Shown here piece by piece: positions 46,848 to 56,385 of a stretch of 64,000 nucleotides of DNA. Made by a program: the position numbers and the translations under genes. The stretch lies in IMG/VR virus record IMGVR_UViG_3300037067_026753; one strand, given 5' to 3'. Origin of the DNA: a virus. A model generated the notes under the pieces. The model saw only the letters and a list, made by a program, of their open reading frames with translations, was not told the origin of the DNA and ran no database searches. Each line of letters opens with the position of its first letter. Within the stretch, counting starts at the first letter, position 1.

Positions 46848-47051
46848 TTACCAGTACCATGTGTTGTTTTCATCTACGCTTGTGTCAATGCGGCCATTGA
46901 TTCTATCTGATATGTTTGTTATGATTATGCTCAAGAATGCAGCAATGCCTATAATCCATAAAATAGTTTGTAACATAAGATTAATATACTACAATTAATA
47001 GGCTTTTGAATCAGTTCGAGTAGGTACGGGCACATAGGTAATTATGGTGTT

Positions 47052-47396
47052 TTATTTTTTTATGGTTAGCCGCCATAGAATGATTGCTTTGCCGAGGTGC
47101 CCAGTTTTGCAAAGGTCTATTTTACTTAAAGTTGAGTAGTTTGTGGTGAGCAGTCCGCTGTTGAACCCTGAGCCCGTGTATTCGGGACAATCGTCAAAAA
47201 AAACATATTTTTTGATACTGTCGGGCGAAATTGGGGGATGTGACAGTATAAGGTTAAGAGCGCCGAAAGCTTTTCGAATTGCTATGCTTTGCTGATTTCG
47301 TGCTAAAATTTCTTTGAGAGCCTCAAAATCTGCAAGGGTGTATGTGTGTGTCATGGTTTTACTCCTAAGGTATACAGGGCAATGTACAAAAGGCAA
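47052..47396 (-). CDS. hypothetical protein
   Basis: Intact ORF just outside the island. Confidence 0.4.
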   Translation of the reverse strand: MPFVHCPVYLRSKTMTHTYTLADFEALKEILARNQQSIAIRKAFGALNLILSHPPISPDSIKKYVFFDDCPEYTGSGFNSGLLTTNYSTLSKIDLCKTGHLGKAIILWRLTIKK

Positions 47397-47446
47397 CCAT
47401 AGATAATTATTAGGTTGCCTTTTGGGTATGACTACGACCGTCGCGC

Positions 47447-49027
47447 TTATAAAGATAATGAAATTAGTTTGGGCCTGATTTTTGTATCCACCAGGACAAT
47501 TTTTGTTTGTGCTGTGGCCGGGTATTTTGTGTTTGTTATTACTTTGAGTGATGCAAGTTCTCCCATGAGTGCACCGTCATAGGTGATTGTTACCAGGTTG
47601 CTGGTGTTTGCCTGGAATTCCGAGTTGTTGATTTGATGAATTGCACCCTGTAATGACGAACCTGCTCTGAAAGCGTAAGTTGCACCACCTGAACCGGCAA
47701 TATGGATATAACCTTTGAACAAGCCAGGCCAACCGATTTGCCAGAGTTTCCCGCCGTCTTTTACGTAGAGCAACGTAGTAGAACTCGAGCTTGATTCGTA
47801 CCAGTTACTGTTGATGCTCAACTCTTTGCTTACTATGAAAATTACTTTGCCGGAAAAGATGCCCTGAACATCAGCAGTATAGAATGTTGGTACCGAATTG
47901 GAAATGGCAACAACCAGATAACCATTCCAAAGTTGATCGGCTGGTGTGTTGTCGTATGCATTTTGCAAGTTGGTACCGTTGAGTTTTGTGAAACCTAACG
48001 TTGAGAATTCTTTGATTTTATCCGAGGAAATTGTTGTCATGTTGATTATCGTTGCGTTTTCATTACCGCCTGAGATGTCAACATAGTCACTGATATTGAA
48101 GGAGCCTTTGTTTTCAAGAGCAGTGAGATTTTGGAATTGAGAAGCCATGCAACTACCTGAATGATAGGCTTTGTGGTTTTTCATGTCGACTTTGAAGGTG
48201 CCACTGATACTGTTCGTAAAGTACCCTTCTCCATTGATATTGAGCGTGTTGAGCAGTTCAATATTTCTTTTGAAACCTGCTTTACCATTGACATCAAGTG
48301 AAGAGTTTTGCAATTTTACGGGCGTTTGGAAATAGGCATTTCCGTTAACAGTGAGTTGCCCGTTGAATTCCGTAGTAGTTCCATTGTCCCCGGTTTTGAG
48401 ATAGCCGTTGATGATCGAGCCCGAGGCGTTGGAATTGAACCGAACGCCACCACCGAAGTAGACATTGCCGTTGACGGTCATTTTCTGGTTGAAGTCGTAG
48501 CCGTCTTTCTGGATGTAGATTGCAAAGTCCTGTACGGATGGTCGGTCAAATTCGGTACCGTCGAGTTGGTATGTTGCAACGGCTGTTTTTTTCTTGCCTG
48601 AAAATTGACCATAGCCGTTTCCTTGAACTATGATATGCGGGATGTTGTAACCGCCGTCACCTAATGCTTCACCGATTCCAAGAATGCAGACTGAAAATTT
48701 GGCTGGGTCGGTGACATTTGTGCTCATCGAGATTTTCTGTTCGCTTGAAGGGTCCGCCGAAAGGAGCCATTTTTTCGATTTTTCGGTCAGGTAATTGTTC
48801 ATTACCGTTATCGATTCAACGGATTTCTTTTCAAGTTGGGTTTCGCAGGCTTTAACCGCAGTCGAAGCAGCCTGGTATGCGGAACGTGTTTTCCCTGCGT
48901 TTGCAACATTTGTCCTGTCATAACCGACCGTTTTGAGCATGACAGCGCCGGTAATACCGACGACGCAAACGAGACAAAGGGTGTAGACAATTGCGGCTGA
49001 ACCGCGTTGATTGTTAAAGTTGAACAT
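47447..49027 (-). CDS. PilX-like type IV pilus minor pilin/tip protein
   Basis: PilX_N-like N-terminus NQRGSAAIVYTLCLVCVVGITGAV. Large beta-rich C-terminal domain with NGN.YF repeats. SD aaaggaggttct. Confidence 0.55.
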   Translation of the reverse strand: MFNFNNQRGSAAIVYTLCLVCVVGITGAVMLKTVGYDRTNVANAGKTRSAYQAASTAVKACETQLEKKSVESITVMNNYLTEKSKKWLLSADPSSEQKISMSTNVTDPAKFSVCILGIGEALGDGGYNIPHIIVQGNGYGQFSGKKKTAVATYQLDGTEFDRPSVQDFAIYIQKDGYDFNQKMTVNGNVYFGGGVRFNSNASGSIINGYLKTGDNGTTTEFNGQLTVNGNAYFQTPVKLQNSSLDVNGKAGFKRNIELLNTLNINGEGYFTNSISGTFKVDMKNHKAYHSGSCMASQFQNLTALENKGSFNISDYVDISGGNENATIINMTTISSDKIKEFSTLGFTKLNGTNLQNAYDNTPADQLWNGYLVVAISNSVPTFYTADVQGIFSGKVIFIVSKELSINSNWYESSSSSTTLLYVKDGGKLWQIGWPGLFKGYIHIAGSGGATYAFRAGSSLQGAIHQINNSEFQANTSNLVTITYDGALMGELASLKVITNTKYPATAQTKIVLVDTKIRPKLISLSL

Positions 49028-49038
49028 AGAACCTCCTT

Positions 49039-50142
49039 TTAAAAAATTCCGTTGTTGAGCGTTTCGATTGTTTCAGTGCGTGTTTTCCATTCGTATTTCC
49101 CCGTTCTAGCTATTGATATGTTTCCTATTTCAAATGGAGTAGTTTGGGCGTTACCTATATCGTTGGATTTGCTCCTTGTGACCATGGAAATTTTTATTGC
49201 GCGTACTGTTTTCTTTTTGGCAACTGATACACTGTCGAGCCATACAAATTTGCCGTAGTCCTGGCGTCTTACTTCAACACCATTGAGCATAAGTTGCCCT
49301 GAACTTTTTGTCCAGTATCGTATGGCAATTTTTCCTGTAGACGTTGCTTGCGTGTTGATTGTCAGGTGCTGGACGCGATTAACAGGCAGGAATTTTTCCA
49401 CGCCCTTGTTTACTGTACTGTTGACAATACAACATTGTAGCGAATCGAATATTTTGTCAGATACAATATCCAGTGCGACATTAAGGCGTTGGTTGGTGTC
49501 ATTTGCAAATGATGTGTTGTAATAGATCATCCCTCTGCTTATACCAGAGAAATCGAACCGAACAGAGGAGCCTACGACTGTTGCTGTTGGTGTCGCACCG
49601 GATTCTGAGGCAATCAACCAGTTGCCGGGGATAGGTATCGGGTTCAAGTCCTGGAGCATCGAATCATTGGCAAATACTCCATATTGAAATTGTAGTCCTT
49701 GTACGTTAGCGCAAAATCGCAATTTCTGATTGTTGAGTTTCCTTATAAGGTTGTTCGAATCCAAATAGAATTCAACCGAGTCGGTCCGGACGTATTCACC
49801 GGTTTCTGACAGTTTTGCTTTGTAAATTTTCAGAGTGTCACTTGGGTCGCCCTGGCGTGCAACAAATGATGATGAATCCGCGATAAATGCGTTCGAAACA
49901 AGGTGTTTGTCGAATTTGGTGCCGTTGGGCGTCAGGTAGAATTTGCAGCCCATGTTGCGTATTTCGCGTACAAGGACGACAAGTGCATCTCTTGCATCGA
50001 TCTGCATTTTTGTCATTTGCTGGGTTCTGTTGCTACTCTTGGTTATGTCGGCATAGGATTTGTGCCAGAGTGAAATGACGATGCCGAAGATTACAATGCA
50101 GATCAGCAGTTCGATAATTGAAAGACCTTTTTGGTTGTTCAT
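49039..50142 (-). CDS. type IV minor pilin (PilW-like) with a class III (prepilin) signal
   Basis: MNNQKG|LSIIELLICIVIFGIV: Gly at -1, Glu at +5, hydrophobic helix. Confidence 0.6.
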   Translation of the reverse strand: MNNQKGLSIIELLICIVIFGIVISLWHKSYADITKSSNRTQQMTKMQIDARDALVVLVREIRNMGCKFYLTPNGTKFDKHLVSNAFIADSSSFVARQGDPSDTLKIYKAKLSETGEYVRTDSVEFYLDSNNLIRKLNNQKLRFCANVQGLQFQYGVFANDSMLQDLNPIPIPGNWLIASESGATPTATVVGSSVRFDFSGISRGMIYYNTSFANDTNQRLNVALDIVSDKIFDSLQCCIVNSTVNKGVEKFLPVNRVQHLTINTQATSTGKIAIRYWTKSSGQLMLNGVEVRRQDYGKFVWLDSVSVAKKKTVRAIKISMVTRSKSNDIGNAQTTPFEIGNISIARTGKYEWKTRTETIETLNNGIF

Positions 50143-50465
50143 TATATCCCCCTTGCAAACTGGGCATTTTTTGTTTTGTTGAAGGCACGCCAGGTGACTG
50201 TGATTGTTACTTGACTTACCTTTCCGGTGTCGGTGATTGTCCAGGTACGGACAAATTTGTAGTTGTCGACAACGGTTGAATCGACTCCGTTTGAGGGAGT
50301 GATTTGCACTTTGAGTTCCGCGAATTTGTCTTCAGCGACCAATTGCGCATTGTCGTTTAACCGCGCATCCTGTGACATCAGCAGAACATTGCGATAGCTC
50401 GCTGACATGTTGAGAGATACCATTGCAAGGATGAACAATGCAATGATCAAACTGAGCAGCCTCAT
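50142..50465 (-). CDS. pilus-associated small protein (PilV-like?; start MRLLSLIIALF)
   Basis: N-terminal hydrophobic helix but no canonical G-F-T-L-I-E motif. SD GTAGGAGGCACC. Preceded by CACGATATCTCT. Confidence 0.4.
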   Translation of the reverse strand: MRLLSLIIALFILAMVSLNMSASYRNVLLMSQDARLNDNAQLVAEDKFAELKVQITPSNGVDSTVVDNYKFVRTWTITDTGKVSQVTITVTWRAFNKTKNAQFARGI

Positions 50466-50520
50466 GGTGCCTCCTACGTTAATTTTTGGTGAAGTTTTTT
50501 TCCTACAATGAGAGATATCG
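50466..50520 (-). promoter_or_regulatory. promoter of the pilin operon, using the same CACGATAT core
   Basis: Minus strand GCGCACGATATCTCTCATTGTAGG...GTAGGAGGCACC then ATG. Confidence 0.45.
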
Positions 50521-50567
50521 TGCGCCCGGGTGTAATCTGCCAACTATATTACATAGAACAGTGAGAA

Positions 50568-50861
50568 CTATATAGGTATAAATTCATCCTTATAACCTAA
50601 TAGCATTCCTTCAGGGAAGCCTATGTTGCGGAGTCTTGCTAAAACAAAAGCAAACTGATGTTGTTCTGGTAACTCTGGAATTTCATATTCCAAAAGTTTT
50701 TCTATATAAACACGAGCTTCTTTGGGAGAGCATGTTTTGGGAAATAAAAACTTGAATTTTTTGTAATACTTTATTTTTTCGACTTTTTTTCTTTTTTCAA
50801 GGGTATCTTTGAATAATAGATATGAAATAAAAAAACAAATTAATGCTAGTGCAATAGACAT
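50568..50861 (-). CDS. small membrane protein
   Basis: N-terminal TM helix. Confidence 0.4.
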   Translation of the reverse strand: MSIALALICFFISYLLFKDTLEKRKKVEKIKYYKKFKFLFPKTCSPKEARVYIEKLLEYEIPELPEQHQFAFVLARLRNIGFPEGMLLGYKDEFIPI

Positions 50862-50871
50862 AGTTTACTCG

Positions 50872-51351
50872 TTAAACGATTAGTTCCCAGACAGCATCTT
50901 TTTTAGTTCCTGTTTTTTTGACTATTTTTCTTGACTTCATTGTCCATAAAGTTTGTTGTACTTGCAAATATGCTATATGTATCTTATTGTCAGGGAAAAG
51001 TTTTTTTAAGCGAAGTTGGTTAACAATTTCGGTTACTGCACCGTGTTTTATTTCTTGCAAAGTTTCACGTGTTACTTGTGACCAGTTTACTGACTTACAA
51101 GTCCAATCTGATTCTGATTCTATACCATTAAATACTTCTTTATCTGGTATAAACATGATACTGTGCTCAAAAGAATCAATAACCCCAGTGTGTACGCAGC
51201 TTTCTAAGAAGTGAACAAATGCAAGCGTATGACGGTCGAAAGGCTTAGTTCTATGAATTTCTTGCAGAAACCCAATTCGGGACTTGGTTTTTATTACGTA
51301 GCACTTTGAAACACTTGTACTTTTGTCTTCAACAATGACTGTTTCGCTCAT
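50872..51351 (-). CDS. hypothetical protein
   Basis: ORF. Confidence 0.4.
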   Translation of the reverse strand: MSETVIVEDKSTSVSKCYVIKTKSRIGFLQEIHRTKPFDRHTLAFVHFLESCVHTGVIDSFEHSIMFIPDKEVFNGIESESDWTCKSVNWSQVTRETLQEIKHGAVTEIVNQLRLKKLFPDNKIHIAYLQVQQTLWTMKSRKIVKKTGTKKDAVWELIV

Positions 51352-51694
51352 TTTCCCATTCCTGTTTGTTTCTTTCGACTTGTGCTGTCAGAGCCACGTC
51401 GAATTGTTCTCCTGTGCAAATTTGCAAAGCAACATATTTTTCCTTGTAATGCCACCAGCCTTCAACTTTGTATTCCCAGATCATTTGAAGAGCTTTTGGG
51501 ACATCAGCTTCTTTGAGAACTGGGTAGACATTTGAACGTGCTACTTCGAAACCTGCATTGCGTAGGAAGCAGTCCTGGATTCCCATTTGAGACAGGTCGC
51601 CAGAGAGATAGAACTTGAATTCACTTGGAGCCCGTTCGTTTGAAACAGCCGATGAAAGCAGACTGACAACGCCGGGAGCAATTGAAAATTGCAT
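51329..51694 (-). CDS. hypothetical protein
   Basis: ORF with coupled overlap. Confidence 0.4.
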   Translation of the reverse strand: MQFSIAPGVVSLLSSAVSNERAPSEFKFYLSGDLSQMGIQDCFLRNAGFEVARSNVYPVLKEADVPKALQMIWEYKVEGWWHYKEKYVALQICTGEQFDVALTAQVERNKQEWENERNSHC

Positions 51695-51783
51695 ATAACC
51701 TCCTTAGAACAAGGCTGGAAATGTTGAGTGCTTTAGCTCGCTGACCGTCTAGCATTCTTCTTTTCAAGGACCAATAGGACACA

Positions 51784-52137
51784 TTAAGGATAGACAATGA
51801 AGTACCTATCCAGTTGTTCAAGTTTTTTTACGTATTCCAGAGAAAACTCTACAAATTTTAATGGTCTGTATTTTCCTGTTTCAATGTCATTTGCTGTTAT
51901 GACGGAAAATTCGACAGGATTGTGACCTTTGTCATCTACCCACCATTTCTTTGAAAAAATCTCGTATTGATCCTGAGGTATGGCTTTTCGCCTTATGCCC
52001 TGGAATATTTTTGAAAGACCTTCATACACCAAAATCAGACCTGGAATCAAGAGCCAAAGCAAAAAAACATCGTAATGATATGTGAACAGACCAGTACAAA
52101 CAATAAGTACACCGACAACAAATCTGTATAAGTTCAT
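51784..52137 (-). CDS. small membrane protein
   Basis: Two TM helices. Confidence 0.4.
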   Translation of the reverse strand: MNLYRFVVGVLIVCTGLFTYHYDVFLLWLLIPGLILVYEGLSKIFQGIRRKAIPQDQYEIFSKKWWVDDKGHNPVEFSVITANDIETGKYRPLKFVEFSLEYVKKLEQLDRYFIVYP

Positions 52138-52577
52138 TTTGACTCCATAACTTCATCAAGGAATTCGTGTGCAAACCGAGCAGGTGTTTTTGTACCATCC
52201 CACAGAACAGTCACAAGCGGGAAATCTTTTATTCTTTTTACGGTACCTTTCCTGTCAGGTCTCGAATTTCTGGCAACAAAGATTCCCAAGCAACTGAGCT
52301 TGACACGGCTCCCTATTGCAAAGGGCAATTTGGGATTTTGTATGTCTTCGATTTTTTCGATGATTTCAAGGTGCTCTGCTGTCCATTTGATAATTTGACC
52401 ATTCGCACGGATATAGAGACAATTGTTGTCGGAGCCACCGTATTCCGCAACAGTGCCTGTAAAATCAAGGCTAGACAGGGTAGACTTGACAAGGTCCCCG
52501 ATTCTTTTCCCGTAATATCGAGTCCTTGCTTCATTGTCAAAAGGCTTTAGCATCGTGTTTCCTTTCAAGCGCACCAA
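52134..52577 (-). CDS. hypothetical protein
   Basis: ATGA coupling. Confidence 0.4.
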   Translation of the reverse strand: MVRLKGNTMLKPFDNEARTRYYGKRIGDLVKSTLSSLDFTGTVAEYGGSDNNCLYIRANGQIIKWTAEHLEIIEKIEDIQNPKLPFAIGSRVKLSCLGIFVARNSRPDRKGTVKRIKDFPLVTVLWDGTKTPARFAHEFLDEVMESK

Positions 52578-52966
52578 GCACTGTAATGCTCTTCTTCAGG
52601 TTGAAAAATAACTTTTCTCGTACTTGCAAGGGTAAAATAAGTTTGACTACCAAACTGAGTTCGTACTCCGCTTATTTTAAGAGCGAAGAAAGCATCAAAC
52701 ACTTTATGGTCGCCGACAAATCTTAAGAGACAACCACAAATAGTCCCTTGCTGGACAAAACCGGCTTCTTGAAGTTTCGTTTGTAAGAATTCCCAATTCT
52801 CATAATGCTCTTCAAAGCATCTAAAACTTCCTCGAACACATCGATAATCGCCTGACTTGCAATTAGCGATTTTTGCACATATGCTCGGATCAGTAAATAA
52901 TTTTTTACGGTAGTCTTTGAAAGAGTTGTTCATCCTATTAAAACTCCCAGTGCAATACCAGCACAA
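52565..52966 (-). CDS. Cys-rich hypothetical protein
   Basis: CWYC…C…C…C. Confidence 0.4.
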   Translation of the reverse strand: MCWYCTGSFNRMNNSFKDYRKKLFTDPSICAKIANCKSGDYRCVRGSFRCFEEHYENWEFLQTKLQEAGFVQQGTICGCLLRFVGDHKVFDAFFALKISGVRTQFGSQTYFTLASTRKVIFQPEEEHYSAWCA

Positions 52967-53018
52967 CTTGCAAGGACAATAATGATGGTTTTGAGTGCAA
53001 AGTCTCCATTCATATTAT

Positions 53019-53231
53019 TTAAAATCGAAAGTTGACTATGTGTTTGCCATGGCAGGTTTGCACGGGCGTTGTTGAGACTTCTTTTAAATTGTTTTTCTTA
53101 CAGGACCACAATCTTCCCAGATTAGAGTCTAAAAAACTTCCCAATTTGCCGCATGAACATTTTCCCGCACCGTGGAATTGAATATGGATACAGCCTTCGC
53201 ATGTGTCCGTACGTGTCTGTGTCGATGTCAT
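53019..53231 (-). CDS. Cys-rich small protein
   Basis: CEGC…CSCGK. Preceded by ACGATATACTCC...AATGGAGG. Confidence 0.4.
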   Translation of the reverse strand: MTSTQTRTDTCEGCIHIQFHGAGKCSCGKLGSFLDSNLGRLWSCKKNNLKEVSTTPVQTCHGKHIVNFRF

Positions 53232-53937
53232 AAAACCTCCATTTTGGGGATATGGAGTATATCGTATAAGTTTTTAGAACTGCCACCTTAATATCTTTCT
53301 TGGTAGTAAAGAACTTTCATTGATTCGAGCGCTTTATTATTTTTCTCCAAGTATCCCTTGAAATTTTATATTTGAAAAAACAAACATCATTGTCATTGCC
53401 GAATGCAATGACATCGTCTGATTCGACTATAATTGGAATTTGTATAAAATCATTACTATCATTTATCATAGTTCTTGAGGTGAAAGCATGAATTGCGCCT
53501 TGATAGATCATATTGCCACGCTATACCAAAAACTCCTTTAGCTCGTATGAAATCTTGTGTATTTAGTTTTATCAGCTCATACTGATACCATGTACAAATA
53601 CCTCCTCTAGAAAGATGAAACCATTTCCAGAAAGTCAATTTTGCTATGTTTTTTTGTTTTTATTCTGTTTACTGTAAGGCACATAGAGTCAGTTAGAATA
53701 GGCTCGAGCACAACAAAAATATTTCATAATAGTATTATTCAATCCCAATACGGGGCTCAAATTTGTCGCAAATTTGGTGCCAATAAACTGTTTGGTCTTG
53801 ATCTAAATCGCAAACACTCCAAGCATATTCATTTTCAGCATGTGTGCAATTGAAACAACATCGAGCTTCTCGTAAATTCATATCTCGTAAATTCATATTA
53901 TATTTTATATTCAACTCAAACTAATATAAAAAGAAAT

Positions 53938-54168
53938 ATGAAAAAAGAAGATCTAGCAAATCGTTTGTTTTCTGATGTGAACGCAATAGTACCTGCGATT
54001 TTTAAAGGTTGCGTCATCTATAACAGACCAAGAGGCGGCTGGAAAGTTAAAGGTAGATTCCAGCTCGTGAATGATATATCTTTCGAAGATTTAGTTAAAA
54101 AATTAAAAGGAACTAACTTGACAGCTAGTATTGTAAAACGACACATCTGTATAACAAAGGATTATTAA
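53938..54168 (+). CDS. hypothetical small protein
   Basis: ORF. Confidence 0.35.
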   Translation: MKKEDLANRLFSDVNAIVPAIFKGCVIYNRPRGGWKVKGRFQLVNDISFEDLVKKLKGTNLTASIVKRHICITKDY

Positions 54169-54540
54169 ATGGATTTAAATGAATTTGTAGAAAAATTTGG
54201 TACTTTGTGTATACCGTATAAATCTAGTTTAGATGATTTCTTTGGAGAAATGAAACTCTTCAAAAGACAGAATGAGTATAAAATTACTGGTGGCCCAGAA
54301 GGTTATCTTACATTCTCTGAAAGTCAGCCTGCATTTGATTATTTTGAAAGTTTCTTTACTAATATTGGAGTGTTACAATGTCAAGTTATAACTGAAAATC
54401 CTGCATTAGCTGATGAAGAAGATTTAGAAAAGATCCAAGAAGCTATAAACAAGAAAGTTGAAAGAACACAGACACTTGCTTGTTCGGGCGATCCTGCTGT
54501 CAGCGTAGGGCGTGGTTGGGTATCGACAGACAACAACTAA
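54169..54540 (+). CDS. hypothetical protein
   Basis: Abuts the previous stop. Confidence 0.4.
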   Translation: MDLNEFVEKFGTLCIPYKSSLDDFFGEMKLFKRQNEYKITGGPEGYLTFSESQPAFDYFESFFTNIGVLQCQVITENPALADEEDLEKIQEAINKKVERTQTLACSGDPAVSVGRGWVSTDNN

Positions 54541-54765
54541 CTATCCTAAAGAAACAATAAATAAACCAATTTCTAGTAACTCTTCCGTTGTTAATCTTAT
54601 TGATCTATTCAAGAAAAAAGAAGTCTGTCCTTGAATTCTTTGTACACATCCAATATGTTTTCTGCCTTTATATATCTCATGAAACCAATAGGAACGATAA
54701 TGGCGTTTGAATGTGAGTGTTCTAGTTTGCTTTGTTATTACGAACTGGCTTTTCATTCGCCTTTC

Positions 54766-55104
54766 TTAATTATCCCAAATCGATCTAGTTGCTGTCATTT
54801 TGTTTCGAGCATGCATAATTGAATCTGCTTTAGCTTTCCGAGCAGCACAATACTTGCAGTTACCTTTATGTGTTGGGCCACCATGGTAATCTGATGCTAC
54901 AAAGAAATATTCACATGAATCGAATTCAAACACTTTGATGTCCCATGTCAATGAACCATCAACTAATTGATATTTAATTATAGAGTCTTGTATAGAATCT
55001 GTTCGAACTTTTGCGTTTATTATTTTTTCAGGTTTTTCAGGTGTGCTATCAAAAGAACAAACTACGCAGAAAAGCACTATAAAAATAGAACCTGTATATC
55101 TCAT
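54766..55104 (-). CDS. small secreted Cys-containing protein
   Basis: Signal peptide. Confidence 0.4.
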   Translation of the reverse strand: MRYTGSIFIVLFCVVCSFDSTPEKPEKIINAKVRTDSIQDSIIKYQLVDGSLTWDIKVFEFDSCEYFFVASDYHGGPTHKGNCKYCAARKAKADSIMHARNKMTATRSIWDN

Positions 55105-55487
55105 TATTTTTCCCTTGGTAGAATTGTAGTAACAACTTTTTCTTTGAAAACAATGGTAAAAGGTATGTCAGCAATTTCCTTATGAAATCTACCTGACTTT
55201 AGCGTTTGTATCATTGTTTCTACATCTGGTGTTAAAATTTCACTCTCAATCTTCTCAATGTCCATTTTGTAGACACGCTCTAAATAGCGTATAATTGCAT
55301 GTTCGGTAACTATAGGTTTCTTTGAATCTTCTAATAAGTGTTTTTGTTCTAATTCATTCTTTTGAATGTCGTTTTGTGTTCTGTTTATTTCTTTGTTTAA
55401 ATCATTTCTTTGCCCAATAAGAGTTTCTAATTTAGATTTTAAATTAGCGAGTCTTGTTTGAATAAGTTTTAGAACATCATGACTCAT
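55104..55487 (-). CDS. coiled-coil protein
   Basis: Heptad-rich. Confidence 0.4.
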   Translation of the reverse strand: MSHDVLKLIQTRLANLKSKLETLIGQRNDLNKEINRTQNDIQKNELEQKHLLEDSKKPIVTEHAIIRYLERVYKMDIEKIESEILTPDVETMIQTLKSGRFHKEIADIPFTIVFKEKVVTTILPREK

Positions 55488-55849
55488 TTTCGACTTTCAC
55501 ATGCTTTCCAAGTTTCATCTATACTCGGGTATCTGTCGTTTTCTTCCTGGAATTTCTCTACAAACTCTTCAAAGGTTCCTGCAGAAACAACTTCTTCGAT
55601 TTCTTGTTGTTCTTGCTCTTCTTTCAAATGGGCATTCTGAATTCTAAGTTCACCAATCTGTTCTTCAAGCTCATCAATTTTGGTTTCAAGTTCAGCATAA
55701 TCTGATGCAGAGTTATGGTTCAACTCATCAAGAAGCCCTTCAATTATTTCGTCTGTTGTAGAACGACGTGAAATCTCGAAAAGCTTAAAAGTTGTTGCCT
55801 CGTCAAAATTCTTGCTACGGATAAGCAATTGAAGTTCTTGTAGTTCCAT
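55484..55849 (-). CDS. acidic coiled-coil protein
   Basis: E-rich with ATGA coupling. Confidence 0.4.
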   Translation of the reverse strand: MELQELQLLIRSKNFDEATTFKLFEISRRSTTDEIIEGLLDELNHNSASDYAELETKIDELEEQIGELRIQNAHLKEEQEQQEIEEVVSAGTFEEFVEKFQEENDRYPSIDETWKACESRK

Positions 55850-55920
55850 GAGAAAAGCTCCTTTGAAAATCTGTTTGACTTGTTTAGATTTTCTATATTG
55901 GGAGCCTTTATAAATTTATT

Positions 55921-56370
55921 TTATTGAATATAAGTATACACGGTTTTTGCCCAAAAAGTACTTTTAATTGGAATCTCCAAAAGCTGTTTATGTTGAGTAT
56001 AAAAAAATACACCTTTTTTGGGATAGAATGTAAACATTTCTACGGCGCCATTGTAGATTCCTACAGCTGTAATTTTATCGCCATCATCAAGTATTATAGT
56101 GGCTAACCGCGTGGTAGGTAAATTCTTTACGTCCCAAACATCAGAAAGATTCTTTGTATGATCAAAAATTACAGTAATATCATTTTTGTTATCATCAAAG
56201 ATGAAAACTGGATACACTCCTGAAAAACCATCATCTTCGACTGTCATTTTACCATCTTGGTAACCGAACCATTTTCCTTGAAGCGGTGTTTCGCATTTTG
56301 CAATAAAATAAGGTTTTGCTAAAATAGCAATGTTCAACAATAAAACAAGAAGATAACTCAAATAATTCAT
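55921..56370 (-). CDS. secreted hypothetical protein
   Basis: Signal peptide MNYLSYLLVLLLNIAILA. Confidence 0.4.
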   Translation of the reverse strand: MNYLSYLLVLLLNIAILAKPYFIAKCETPLQGKWFGYQDGKMTVEDDGFSGVYPVFIFDDNKNDITVIFDHTKNLSDVWDVKNLPTTRLATIILDDGDKITAVGIYNGAVEMFTFYPKKGVFFYTQHKQLLEIPIKSTFWAKTVYTYIQ

Positions 56371-56385
56371 ATAAACCTTTCTAAT

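Noticed and set aside
18214-47050. Prophage interpretation of the island (search for integrase, terminase, portal, capsid and tail genes)
   Set aside because: None of the ~60 island ORFs shows recombinase (R-H-R-Y or Ser-recombinase), terminase or structural-protein motifs. The FtsK-like ATPase could be a PRD1-type packaging enzyme, but with no capsid genes this stays speculative.
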